47,640 nt of DNA from Gammaproteobacteria bacterium (GCA_022340845.1 JAJDNG010000136.1:1-47640), one strand, 5' to 3'; numbered from the stretch's first letter, positions 8,471 through 17,661 are shown. The notes: a model not told the origin generated them from the sequence alone. A program made the numbers and translations.

Positions 8471-8527
8471 ACCACGAAGACACGAAGAGTTTTATATTGT
8501 TAATCCCACCCTTCGTGTCTTCGTGGT
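8471..8527. repeat. REP-like perfect 17-bp inverted repeat in the gpsA-trmL spacer
   Basis: ACCACGAAGACACGAAG (8471-8487), then a 23-nt loop, then CTTCGTGTCTTCGTGGT (8511-8527). No U-run follows in either orientation. Confidence 0.8.
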
Positions 8528-8551
8528 AAATAAAACACGGCGGCGGCTTAG

Positions 8552-9562
8552 CTAAAAAGTCTCCGCCTTCTGTTGCCGCGCCAGCAAGTCATGCACGGCG
8601 TCACGCGGCGATTTGTCTTCGTATAACACCTGAAAGACTTGTTCCGTGATGGGCATTTCCACGCCCATCTTCGTGGCCAGATTGTGTACTTCCCGTGCCG
8701 CTTGCGTACCTTCCACCACTTGATCGATGCTGGCCAGAGCGTCATGCGGATTCAGCCCCTGCCCCATGGCCAAGCCAAATCGCCGGTTGCGTGACAAGTT
8801 ATCGGTGCAAGTCAATACCAAATCCCCCAGGCCCGCCAATCCCATAAACGTCTCCCGCTGACCGCCGAGCGCATCGCCGAGGCGCATGATTTCCACCAAA
8901 CCCCGGGTTATCAATGCCGCACGGGTGTTTGCGCCAAATCCCAGGCCGTCGGCAATACCCGCCGCGATGGCTAACACATTTTTTACGCAGCCGCCCACTT
9001 CCACGCCGATAACATCATCGCTGGTATATGCGCGAAAAGTCTCATCGTGCAATCGCTCCGCCAGTTCTGTAGCGAAAGATTCATTGCTGGAAGCGACGGT
9101 GACTGCCGTTGGCAATCCCTTGGCCACTTCTTTGGCGAAGGTAGGACCCGACACCACCGCGGTGACAAAACCTTCGCCCAATTCTTCGGCCACCACCGCA
9201 TGCAGTAATTTACAGGTATGCGGCTCGAATCCCTTGGTCGCCCATACCAGCCGCTGCCCTTGACGCACCAACGGCCGCAGGGATTGCAAGGTACTGCGAA
9301 ACGCGTGACTGGGGGTCACCACCAGCAAGTCGCGGCTATGGGCAACCACCGCCGCCATATCATCACTGAGCGTCAGCGCGGGAGGCAACGCAACGTCTGG
9401 TAAATAGCGCGAATTGCATCGGTCACGTTGCATGGCAGCGACTTTTTGGGTATCGCGCGCCCACAACAGCGTGTTCTCACCGTTGCGCGATAGCAGCACC
9501 GCCAGCGCTGTACCCCAAGAACCGGCGCCGATCACAGCCATAGTGGCATTGGGCAAATTCAT
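8552..9562 (-). CDS. gpsA: NAD(P)H-dependent glycerol-3-phosphate dehydrogenase
   Basis: The ORF track extends to 9667 but that overlaps secB. The ATG at 9562 gives MNLPNATMAVIGAGSWGTALA, matching E. coli [21 protein letters not shown]. Confidence 0.9.
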   Translation of the reverse strand: MNLPNATMAVIGAGSWGTALAVLLSRNGENTLLWARDTQKVAAMQRDRCNSRYLPDVALPPALTLSDDMAAVVAHSRDLLVVTPSHAFRSTLQSLRPLVRQGQRLVWATKGFEPHTCKLLHAVVAEELGEGFVTAVVSGPTFAKEVAKGLPTAVTVASSNESFATELAERLHDETFRAYTSDDVIGVEVGGCVKNVLAIAAGIADGLGFGANTRAALITRGLVEIMRLGDALGGQRETFMGLAGLGDLVLTCTDNLSRNRRFGLAMGQGLNPHDALASIDQVVEGTQAAREVHNLATKMGVEMPITEQVFQVLYEDKSPRDAVHDLLARQQKAETF

Positions 9563-9578
9563 ATCGATTAGCGTGGGC

Positions 9579-10103
9579 TCAATGAACTTTGGCGGCTTCG
9601 GATTCCGGCTTTTCGGGAGTTTGCTGTTGTTGCTGCTTTTTGACGTGATCCATGTAGATGGCATCAAAGTTCACAGGCGCTAACAGCAGTTGTGGAAATC
9701 CCCCTTTGGTCACCAGATCGGATATGGCTTCCCGAGCATAAGGGAATAATACATTGGGGCAATAGCTGCCTAACATGGGTCCCAGTTCCTGATCGCCGAA
9801 TCCTTTGACGGCAAATACCCCCGCTTGATGCACCTCACAAAGGTAAGCCACTTTCTCGCCCACTTTTGCCGTGATGGTAATGCCTAACACTACTTCGTGA
9901 ACATCGGGCCCCAGCGGTTTACCATTGGTATTAAGTTCTATGTTGACGCTGGGCTCCCATTTTTCGGTGAACACGGCGGGAGAATTTGGTGTTTCAAAGG
10001 AAACATCTTTAATGTAAATTTTTTGCAATGCGAATTGTTTGTCGTTTTGATCCTGGTCTTTTTGTTGGTTTTGATCGGGATTCGCAGTGGTCTCGTCGGT
10101 CAT
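9579..10103 (-). CDS. secB: Protein-export chaperone SecB
   Basis: FALQKIYIKDVSFETPNSP...YCPNVLFPYAREAISDLVTKGGFPQLLLAPVNFDAIY. AGGAA lies 6 nt upstream of the ATG at 10103; an alternative ATG is at 10109. Confidence 0.9.
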   Translation of the reverse strand: MTDETTANPDQNQQKDQDQNDKQFALQKIYIKDVSFETPNSPAVFTEKWEPSVNIELNTNGKPLGPDVHEVVLGITITAKVGEKVAYLCEVHQAGVFAVKGFGDQELGPMLGSYCPNVLFPYAREAISDLVTKGGFPQLLLAPVNFDAIYMDHVKKQQQQQTPEKPESEAAKVH

Positions 10104-10360
10104 GATCATTTCCTGATAAATATTTAGGGTTTAGCAAAAGGGGGGCTATTGTAACAGGAGAACAAAGCCGAAAACCACGTGAAACAGTGATTGTGAATGG
10201 GGAAAAATCGGCGAATGCAGAAAACACTAAGAGCGCCGTGGCTAGCATTCAGCTACATTTTATGGCTCAGGTTGGTGTTCAGGGCAATCCGCCTTGGGGG
10301 TGAAGTTTTCGCGATCGAACGTCACAATTCCAGAGATTCTGAACTGGTTTCCGAGGTAGG

Positions 10361-10795
10361 TTACAAATGCTGACGCACCCAGGCGATGAGGTTGGCTTTG
10401 TCCATGGCACCGGCTATGCGGGCCGCTTCAGCGCCATTTTTAAACAAAACCAAGGTCGGGATGCTGCGGATATTCATTTCCGCGGCCAGGTTTTGCTCCA
10501 TTTCGGTGTTAATCTTCACCAGCCGCGCAAAAGGCTCCAGCTCAAGGGCAGCCTGGGCAAATATGGGGGCCATCATTTTACAGGGCCCGCACCACGACGC
10601 CCAGAAATCCACCAACAATGGAATCTGGCTGCGACTGACATGTTGGTGAAATCGTGACGAGTTCAATTCCAGCGGTTGACCAGCAAACAAAGCTTGCCGG
10701 CAGGAACCGCATTTTCCGCCTGCGGCTAATTTGTCGCTGGGTACCCGATTGACGCTATCACAATGAGGGCAAACGATATGTAGCGATTCTGTCAT
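10361..10795 (-). CDS. trxC: Thioredoxin 2 type (N-terminal zinc-finger + thioredoxin fold)
   Basis: 144 aa. CPHC...CGSC zinc-finger pairs at the N-terminus and a WCGPC active site. Confidence 0.85.
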   Translation of the reverse strand: MTESLHIVCPHCDSVNRVPSDKLAAGGKCGSCRQALFAGQPLELNSSRFHQHVSRSQIPLLVDFWASWCGPCKMMAPIFAQAALELEPFARLVKINTEMEQNLAAEMNIRSIPTLVLFKNGAEAARIAGAMDKANLIAWVRQHL

Positions 10796-10865
10796 GCTTG
10801 AGGGTAATACCTTGTGGGTGACAAAGTTCAGTAAGACTTATTCAAGACCCAACACTGTTCAGGAC

Positions 10866-11150
10866 CTAACTTTTTTCAAGACCTAACAAAGTATCCAGTT
10901 CACCATCCATATCCAACTCAACCATGTCGTCAAACCCGCCAATATGGCGGTCACTGATGAATATTTGCGGCACGCTGGTGCGTTGGCTGCGTTGTTCCAT
11001 TTCGGTGCGCAATTGCGGGTCTTTGTCCACCCGGTATTCGGTGAACTCTATACCCTTTTTCTCCAAAAGATGGCGCGCGCGGCTGCAATACGGGCACAAC
11101 GCCGTACTATAGACTTCCACTCTCACTGCTTGGGTTGCTGGATTGTTCAT
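10866..11150 (-). CDS. grxC: Glutaredoxin 3
   Basis: The ATG at 11150 gives MNNPATQAVRVEVYSTALCPYCSRARHLLEKKGIEF...VPQIFISDRHIGGFDDM. The longer ORF-track start (11273) adds a non-homologous extension. Confidence 0.85.
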   Translation of the reverse strand: MNNPATQAVRVEVYSTALCPYCSRARHLLEKKGIEFTEYRVDKDPQLRTEMEQRSQRTSVPQIFISDRHIGGFDDMVELDMDGELDTLLGLEKS

Positions 11151-11371
11151 GAAATTCTTGCCTTTTTTCAGATCAAACCTTACTCGGAAAAAAAACAGAT
11201 CAGTTCGGTTGTCGATTGTTGACCACCAGTTGCGCTCACTAAAGCTAACATCAAAGGAGCCACCCCGGACCATTAGTAACCGCTAATAGAGGAGTCACCT
11301 TAGCAGTTTTGACGCTTCGTTGACAAGTGTTTTCGTAAGCCTGCAACGGACCTATGTCATTGCTTTGCGGG

Positions 11372-12274
11372 TTATTTTAAACCCAACATCAAGTCCAACC
11401 GGCCCCGGTTTTCCAAGTCATACATGTCATCGCAACCGCCCACATGCACATCGCCTATGAAGATTTGCGGCACGGTTTTGCGTTTGGCTTTTTGTTCCAT
11501 TTCTTCGCGCAGCTGGGGATTTTGGTCGATGTCAATTTCTTTAAAACCGACACCTTTGGTGGTGAGCAGATTCACCGCGCGTACGCAAAAGGGACAGCGC
11601 CGGGTGGTATATACTACCACTTTCTCCTCCAGTGCCTGGCGGTCTTGGTTGGATGTAGAATCTTCGCCGCGGGTATTCGCATTGGTTTTTGAGGCTTTGG
11701 TTTTTGAGGCTTTGGTTTTTGAATTATTGGTTTCGGAAGCATGAGTGTCAGAGGCTTCGTCGCTGACTGTGGCCGCGTTATCGGTGGAATTATCTTCTGA
11801 ACGCTTGTGTTGTTGATCGGTTGAACCGGAGCCACTATCGCCGGGCGGTGGCGTTTTGTCTTTGGTTAAAGGTAAACTAGCGTTTTGCCAGGCCATCACG
11901 CCGCCGGCCAGGTTATAGACTTGTTCAAAGCCTTGTTTTTTCAACCGACCGCCGGCCTGACTGGAACGATTACCGCTGCGGCAATAGAGAATGAGTGGCC
12001 GGTTTTTGTATTTACTGATTTCCTTGAGTTTGCTATCCAGCAATCCTAACGGCGCATGCAAGGAATGCAGGATATGACCATCGCGATATTCATCATCGGT
12101 GCGCACGTCGATAAACACGGCGTTTTTGTGATTGGACATGCCTACGGCTTCCATTGGCCCGATGCCTTTTACACCACCGGGTGTAATCCAGGTACGTGCC
12201 AACAGCACGAGTATTATAATCAGCGCTAAAAACAGCACCGCGTTGTTGGTCACAAACTCGGTCAATTGGTCCAT
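11372..12274 (-). CDS. Membrane-anchored rhodanese (YibN-like) fused through a low-complexity linker to a C-terminal glutaredoxin domain
   Basis: 300 aa. TM (AVLFLALIIILVLLA). Rhodanese domain with active-site loop LYCRSGNRS (Cys98). S/T/D/N/K-rich linker at aa ~141-214. Grx domain VVVYTTRRCPFCVRAVNLL...VPQIFIGDVHVGGCDDM (CPFC at 227-230). Confidence 0.8.
   Translation of the reverse strand: MDQLTEFVTNNAVLFLALIIILVLLARTWITPGGVKGIGPMEAVGMSNHKNAVFIDVRTDDEYRDGHILHSLHAPLGLLDSKLKEISKYKNRPLILYCRSGNRSSQAGGRLKKQGFEQVYNLAGGVMAWQNASLPLTKDKTPPPGDSGSGSTDQQHKRSEDNSTDNAATVSDEASDTHASETNNSKTKASKTKASKTNANTRGEDSTSNQDRQALEEKVVVYTTRRCPFCVRAVNLLTTKGVGFKEIDIDQNPQLREEMEQKAKRKTVPQIFIGDVHVGGCDDMYDLENRGRLDLMLGLK
11681..11736. 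repeat. In-frame 15-bp tandem repeat (about 3.5 units) inside the rhodanese-Grx linker
   Basis: ATTGGTTTTTGAGGC / TTTGGTTTTTGAGGC / TTTGGTTTTTGAATT / ATTGGTTTCGG. These encode ...SKTKASKTKASKTNAN... on the minus strand. Confidence 0.85.
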
Positions 12275-12553
12275 TTAAACACTCACATTCATCATTTTTG
12301 TTATCACTCAATTGCTATCACTCATCCGGATACCACGGCCCATTCATATCAATATCCGACGCAATGCAGTACATACACATTGTGTTACAACGACACGAGA
12401 CATAATCGGGGATGCAGGTATAGCGAGTGCCAGCCTGAATTGACTAGCGGTGTAACGGTGCAGAATGCCGGTGAGCCCCCGATAGTTCCAATTGTCGATG
12501 TTTTAGTCTGCCGAAAATTGCAACAATCTATGTTTTTTAATTATTTAGGAATT

Positions 12554-12591
12554 CTTAAGTTACTGTGTTTAAGTTACTGTGCTTAAGTTAC
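12554..12591. repeat. 14-bp tandem repeat (about 2.7 units) in the arsR-to-rhodanese intergenic region
   Basis: CTTAAGTTACTGTG / TTTAAGTTACTGTG / CTTAAGTTAC. Confidence 0.85.
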
Positions 12592-12700
12592 AAATGGTGC
12601 CGCCAACCTTGCCGGCGGCGGATATTATACCGCGTTCAATGCAAAAGTTTGATTTTTTATTATACGATCAGCGCCACGCCCGCACCGCAGGGGTATGCTT

Positions 12701-13024
12701 TTACACAGCGCTGCAAAAAACCTCTCGCATCATACTGATGAGGCGTAAGGTCCGGGAATCACCCACCCGGTAGTACACCCGGTTCGCGTCTTTTCTGGCT
12801 GCCAGTATGCCTTTATCCCTCAATATCGCCAAATGCTGGGAAATATTGCTTTGCGATGTACCTACCATTGAGACTATGTCTTGTACGCTGACCTCCTGGT
12901 CACCCAGCGCACATAATATCTTCAAGCGCAAGGGATGCGACATGGCTTTGATAGAGCGGGAAGCCCGCTCAATGTCTTCATCTCTGGTAATTAATGCTTC
13001 ATCGTGACCCATATACATCACCAT
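12701..13024 (-). CDS. ArsR/SmtB-family winged-helix transcriptional regulator with a two-cysteine (BigR/SqrR-like) arrangement
   Basis: HPLRLKILCALGDQEVSVQDIVSMVGTSQSNISQHLAILRDKGIL...RVYYRV. The ORF opens at TTG 13054; ATGs lie at 13024, 13018 and 13012, so the start is uncertain. The only two Cys residues are 66 residues apart. Confidence 0.75.
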   Translation of the reverse strand: MVMYMGHDEALITRDEDIERASRSIKAMSHPLRLKILCALGDQEVSVQDIVSMVGTSQSNISQHLAILRDKGILAARKDANRVYYRVGDSRTLRLISMMREVFCSAV

Positions 13025-13133
13025 CTGTTTCTCACTGTAATATAAACTGTCCAAGCGCTAGGATTGTTTGCATCAAATCACAATCGATTCAGAACACAAT
13101 CTACGCACGAAATCTAAGTTATGATTGTTCGAG

Positions 13134-13158
13134 GTACTCACTGTTTGTACTCACTGTT
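13134..13158. repeat. 12-bp direct repeat x2 (13-bp period) in the divergent arsR/gpmI promoter region
   Basis: GTACTCACTGTT (13134-13145), T, GTACTCACTGTT (13147-13158). Confidence 0.85.
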
Positions 13159-13358
13159 CACTCTTTATACTATTACATAATTACACAATATAATTCATTA
13201 GCTAATTACTAATATTAGCAATTATTACACTTTTTTACCGTACGGGCATGTTGATTTTTGGGTTTTTCTCTGAAACAACTGTTTTTTGACGCTGGGCAGG
13301 GTTTGTTTCTGGTGTGTTGTCTATTAAAATTAGCATTTTAGCTTAGACTGATAAGAAG

Positions 13359-14966
13359 ATGTCCATGACACCCAAACCAATTGTACTCATCGTGCTCGAC
13401 GGCTGGGGATACAGCGAAGATCGCGATTACAATGCCATTTTAAACGCGAATACCCCGTGCTGGGACCGTCTCTGGCAGTCCAAACCCCATATGCTGATCA
13501 AAGGTTCCGGCTCTTACGTGGGTTTGCCCAACGGACAAATGGGAAATTCCGAAGTCGGACACTTGAATTTGGGCGCCGGGCGGGTGGTTTACCAAGAATT
13601 TACCCGCGTCAGCCGGGCGATACGTACAGGATCCTTTTTTACCAATCAAACCCTGACCGATGCCGTAGATGTGGCCGTGCGCAATAACAAAGCCGTCCAT
13701 ATTCTGGGATTGTTATCAGACGGTGGTGTGCACAGCCATGAAGAGCATATTCAAGCCATGGCGAAATTAGCGGCTGAACGCGGTACGGCTGAATTGTACC
13801 TGCACGCCTTTCTGGATGGCCGTGATACACCGCCGAAAAGCGCACAGGCGTATTTATCTGCCATGGAACAAACTTTCACTGAAGCGGGTAAAGGGCGGAT
13901 CGCTTCTATTATTGGCCGCTATTATGCCATGGACCGCGACCATCGCTGGCCTAGAGTCAAAGCAGCTTATGATTTGATCGCTCTGGGCCAGCCTGAATTC
14001 GAAGCCTCGTCGGCACAGCAAGGCCTGGACATGGCATACCAGCGCGGCGAAACCGATGAATTCGTCAAAGCGACCGCCATCGTGCCTGACGGCGAAACAC
14101 CGGTTACTGTCAAAGATGGCGATGTAGTGATTTTTATGAATTACCGCTCTGACCGCGCCCGACAAATCACCCGCCCGTTTATTGAGCCGGATTTTCAGGA
14201 GTTTGACCGGCCGGCATTCCCCAAGTTAGGCGCATTTGTCAGCTTGACCGAATACAGTGCGGATTTCGATGTACCGGTTGCCTTTCCCCCCGAGCGCTTA
14301 AAAAATGTGTTTGGCGAATACATCGCTCAACTGGGTTTGCATCAACTGCGCATCGCCGAGACGGAAAAATACGCTCATGTGACGTTTTTCTTCAACGGCG
14401 GCAAAGAAGAACCCTGGCAAGGCGAAGACAGAATTTTAATCAATTCTCCGGATGTGGCCACGTACGACTTACAGCCGGAAATGAGTGCGGAGCCACTGAC
14501 GGACCAACTGGTGCAAGCCATACGCGGTAACAAATATGATGTCATTATCTGTAACTACGCCAATCCCGACATGGTAGGTCATACCGGCAATTTCGACGCC
14601 ACGGTTAAGGCCATTGAGGCATTGGACAGCTGCCTGGACAGAGTCGTGGAAGCTGCCGCACAGGTTGGCGGAGAGTTATTGGTTACCGCTGACCACGGAA
14701 ACGCCGAACAAATGCGCAATCCGGAAACTGGCCAACCCCACACCGCCCATACCAGCAATCCGGTGCCCTTGGTGTATGTGGGCCGGCCTGCCACCATGGC
14801 TGACAGCGGTGCGCTTTCGGACATTGCACCGACCATGTTGTATTTGATGGGTGTCGACAAACCCACGGAAATGGGAGGCGACTCGCTGATCACGCTCGCA
14901 CGGGATGCATCGGAACCACCGATACGGGCGCTCGACACCCAATCCGATGGCCGTAAAATCAGTTAA
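13359..14966 (+). CDS. gpmI: 2,3-bisphosphoglycerate-independent phosphoglycerate mutase
   Basis: 535 aa. [35 protein letters not shown]-type motif ([11 protein letters not shown]). A ~20-aa C-terminal extension overlaps the envC start region. Confidence 0.9.
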   Translation: MSMTPKPIVLIVLDGWGYSEDRDYNAILNANTPCWDRLWQSKPHMLIKGSGSYVGLPNGQMGNSEVGHLNLGAGRVVYQEFTRVSRAIRTGSFFTNQTLTDAVDVAVRNNKAVHILGLLSDGGVHSHEEHIQAMAKLAAERGTAELYLHAFLDGRDTPPKSAQAYLSAMEQTFTEAGKGRIASIIGRYYAMDRDHRWPRVKAAYDLIALGQPEFEASSAQQGLDMAYQRGETDEFVKATAIVPDGETPVTVKDGDVVIFMNYRSDRARQITRPFIEPDFQEFDRPAFPKLGAFVSLTEYSADFDVPVAFPPERLKNVFGEYIAQLGLHQLRIAETEKYAHVTFFFNGGKEEPWQGEDRILINSPDVATYDLQPEMSAEPLTDQLVQAIRGNKYDVIICNYANPDMVGHTGNFDATVKAIEALDSCLDRVVEAAAQVGGELLVTADHGNAEQMRNPETGQPHTAHTSNPVPLVYVGRPATMADSGALSDIAPTMLYLMGVDKPTEMGGDSLITLARDASEPPIRALDTQSDGRKIS

Positions 14967-16104
14967 GCGGCTGGTCTATGGGCTGATCACGCTTATTGTC
15001 ATATTGGCCGGCGGAGGGCAGGCCTCCGGTAACGAAGATCCGGCCCCAAACAAACAACAACTTGATCGGTTACGCGAGCAAATCCACGCCCTGCGTGGCG
15101 AACTGGAGTCTGTGAAACTCAGTCAGTCTTCGGTGGAAGATCAACTGCGTGTAACGGAAAAAAGCATCAGCAAAATGAACGCGCTACTGCGTTCCCTGGA
15201 GAAAAAAATCCAACACCAAAACGCTGAAGTGGTGCAACTCAACCGCCGGCGGGCAGCGGCTCAAACCCATATTGAGCAGCAAAAAACGGCATTGGCCAAA
15301 CAAGTACGCAGCGATTATTTACTGGGCAAACAACCTTATTTGAAGCTACTCCTGAATCAACAACAGCCGCAAAAGCTGGCACGCACGGTGGCGTATTTCA
15401 AGTATTACCATCGCGCCCGGCTGGCCAACATAGAACAACTGAATCACCAGCTGGACGAACTGCAACAGGTGGAACAGGCCATCAACACCACCAACGCCCA
15501 GTTGGCCCAAGACCAGCAGGAAAAACTCGCCGAAAAACACAACCTAGAAATCCGCCGTCAACAACGCGCTACTTTATTGGCCAGCCTGAATAAGCAATTT
15601 AAGCAAAAAGAGGCCAGGCTCACGCGATTACTGGAAGATGAACAAAGATTGTCCGCACTTGTCCAACAGCTACAATCTGACCTGAGCCTGGATTCCTTAC
15701 CCAAGCAACCTTTTGCGGAACTAAGAGGTCAATTACGCTGGCCAGTGCAAGGCCCCATCGCGGTTCAGTTCGGCAGCAAACGAAACATCGGTCAGTTAAC
15801 CTGGCAAGGTGTGGTGATTTCCTCGCCTTCGGGCGCAGACGTGCGGGCCGTGTCCCGTGGCCGAGTGGCGTTTGCCGACTGGTTTCGAGGCTTTGGCTTG
15901 TTGTTGATCCTCGACCACGGCAATGGTTATATGAGCTTATATGGCCACAATGACAGCTTGTTTAAGGAACACGGTGACTGGGTGGAAGCCAATGAAGTCA
16001 TCGCCCGGGTGGGCTCAGGCAACGGGCAATTAGGATCTGGCCTGTATTTTGAAATACGACATAACGGCAAGCCCATCAACCCCACGCGCTGGTGTAAAAA
16101 ATAA
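14947..16104 (+). CDS. envC: Murein hydrolase activator EnvC-like (coiled-coil + LytM/M23 domain)
   Basis: ORF from ATG 14905. The ATG at 14947 gives [28 protein letters not shown] (signal/TM), followed by a long Q/L-rich coiled coil. C-terminal M23 domain [16 protein letters not shown]...[15 protein letters not shown]. Confidence 0.8.
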   Translation: MAVKSVKRLVYGLITLIVILAGGGQASGNEDPAPNKQQLDRLREQIHALRGELESVKLSQSSVEDQLRVTEKSISKMNALLRSLEKKIQHQNAEVVQLNRRRAAAQTHIEQQKTALAKQVRSDYLLGKQPYLKLLLNQQQPQKLARTVAYFKYYHRARLANIEQLNHQLDELQQVEQAINTTNAQLAQDQQEKLAEKHNLEIRRQQRATLLASLNKQFKQKEARLTRLLEDEQRLSALVQQLQSDLSLDSLPKQPFAELRGQLRWPVQGPIAVQFGSKRNIGQLTWQGVVISSPSGADVRAVSRGRVAFADWFRGFGLLLILDHGNGYMSLYGHNDSLFKEHGDWVEANEVIARVGSGNGQLGSGLYFEIRHNGKPINPTRWCKK

Positions 16105-16332
16105 GCCCAGTAAAAGCCGCAACAGACGGCAGAAACTGAAACGGTTTTGAAAATAGTTTGATTTGATCCCGTAAAATATTGATTAGCGACTAAAATAGTA
16201 TGTACAAACCGGCAAAAACTCCGGCATACTTACTTGATTAGTGGATTTAACCATTTGCAAATAGCGGCCGGATATTCCTCCAATGCCTCAATAATGGTTG
16301 ATTGTGAAATACAATTTTATTAATAACGGAAA

Positions 16333-17661
16333 ATGTTTGGAAACTATATGAACTCAACGACTCGCTCATTCTTGGTACTCACCATTGGCCTGATGTTAGG
16401 CATTTCCTTAACCATCGGTCATGGTGTATTTGCAAAAAAAGAGGACGCCGACTTCAGCAGTCTGCCATTGAACGAACTTCGCAGCCTCACGGAAGTGTTC
16501 GGCCGGATCAAACAAGACTATGTCGAGCAAGTCAGCGATAAGGAGTTACTGGATAACGCCATCCGCGGTATGCTGGCCGGCCTGGACCCACACTCCAGCT
16601 ATTTGGACGCGGAAGGTTACAAAGATTTGCAAGTGGGCACTTCCGGTGAATTCGGCGGATTGGGGATCGAAGTGGGCATGGAAGACGGCTTTGTCAAAGT
16701 CATTGCCCCCATAGATGATACGCCGGCGCAACGAGCGGGAATACTGGCAGGTGACATGATCATTCGCCTGGACAGCAAACCCGTCAAAGGTCTGACGCTG
16801 CATCAAGCCGTAAACATCATGCGCGGTAAAGTGGGCACGCCCATTGTGTTGACCGTGGTGCGCGACGGCACCGACAAACCTTTGGAAATTAAAATCGTGC
16901 GCGATACGATTAAGGTCAAAAGCGTAAAACACCGCTCTTTAGGCGACGGCTATGGCTATTTGCGGATTTCTCAGTTTCAGTCCCATACCGGCGACAATCT
17001 GGCCGATGCGCTGGACAAATTACGTGAAGAACAAGGCGGTGAACTGAACGGCCTGGTGCTGGATTTACGCAACAATCCGGGCGGTGTACTGAATGCCGCG
17101 GTTGAAGTCAGTGACGCCTTTCTGGATAAAGGCTTAATCGTCTACACCCAGGGCCGTGTGCCGGATTCCGAATTGCGTTTCAACGCCACACCCAAAGAGC
17201 TCTTAGAAGGCGCGCCTCTGGTGGTGCTGGTCAACGGCGGCTCGGCCTCCGCCTCGGAAATCGTGGCAGGGGCGTTGCAAGACCACAAGCGGGCGGTCAT
17301 TATCGGCGAACGCACCTTCGGCAAAGGATCGGTTCAAACCATTTTGCCATTGCAGAATAATACCGCACTGAAATTGACCACGGCCCGCTATTACACCCCG
17401 TCGGGCCGCTCCATACAAGCCGAGGGCATTCAACCCGACATCGTACTGGAATCCATTAAAGTGACCAGCCTGGTTGAACAAGCTTCCATGCGCCTAAAAG
17501 AAAAGGATTTGACCGGTCATTTGCAGGGTGACGAGGAAGACACCGACGCCACCGCGGGCAAAGGCGAGGAAGAAGAGGTTTCCCTGGCACAATCTGATTA
17601 CCAGTTGTACGAAGCGCTTAACGTACTCAAAGGATTGCATATTCTCAAAATGCGCAATTAA
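16333..17661 (+). CDS. ctpA: Carboxy-terminal processing protease (S41 family, PDZ domain)
   Basis: 442 aa. Signal/TM region, PDZ (GEFGGLGIEV...PAQRAGILAGDMI), S41 catalytic region LVLDLRNNPGG...GGSASASEIVAGALQD...GERTFGKGSVQ. An alternative ATG is at 16348. Confidence 0.85.
   Translation: MFGNYMNSTTRSFLVLTIGLMLGISLTIGHGVFAKKEDADFSSLPLNELRSLTEVFGRIKQDYVEQVSDKELLDNAIRGMLAGLDPHSSYLDAEGYKDLQVGTSGEFGGLGIEVGMEDGFVKVIAPIDDTPAQRAGILAGDMIIRLDSKPVKGLTLHQAVNIMRGKVGTPIVLTVVRDGTDKPLEIKIVRDTIKVKSVKHRSLGDGYGYLRISQFQSHTGDNLADALDKLREEQGGELNGLVLDLRNNPGGVLNAAVEVSDAFLDKGLIVYTQGRVPDSELRFNATPKELLEGAPLVVLVNGGSASASEIVAGALQDHKRAVIIGERTFGKGSVQTILPLQNNTALKLTTARYYTPSGRSIQAEGIQPDIVLESIKVTSLVEQASMRLKEKDLTGHLQGDEEDTDATAGKGEEEEVSLAQSDYQLYEALNVLKGLHILKMRN

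Noticed and set aside
9563-9667. N-terminal 35-aa extension of the gpsA ORF in the ORF track
   Set aside because: It overlaps the 3' end of secB. The ATG at 9562 reproduces the E. coli GpsA N-terminus (MNxxNAxMxVIGAG).
11151-11273. 41-aa N-terminal extension of the grxC ORF
   Set aside because: It has no homology to glutaredoxins. The ATG at 11150 gives a normal ~94-aa Grx3.
12266-12586. 106-aa plus-strand ORF in the 426-bp spacer upstream of the rhodanese gene
   Set aside because: It has a His/Cys/Thr-rich odd composition and no SD, and it overlaps the start of the rhodanese gene on the other strand. It is probably non-coding regulatory DNA.
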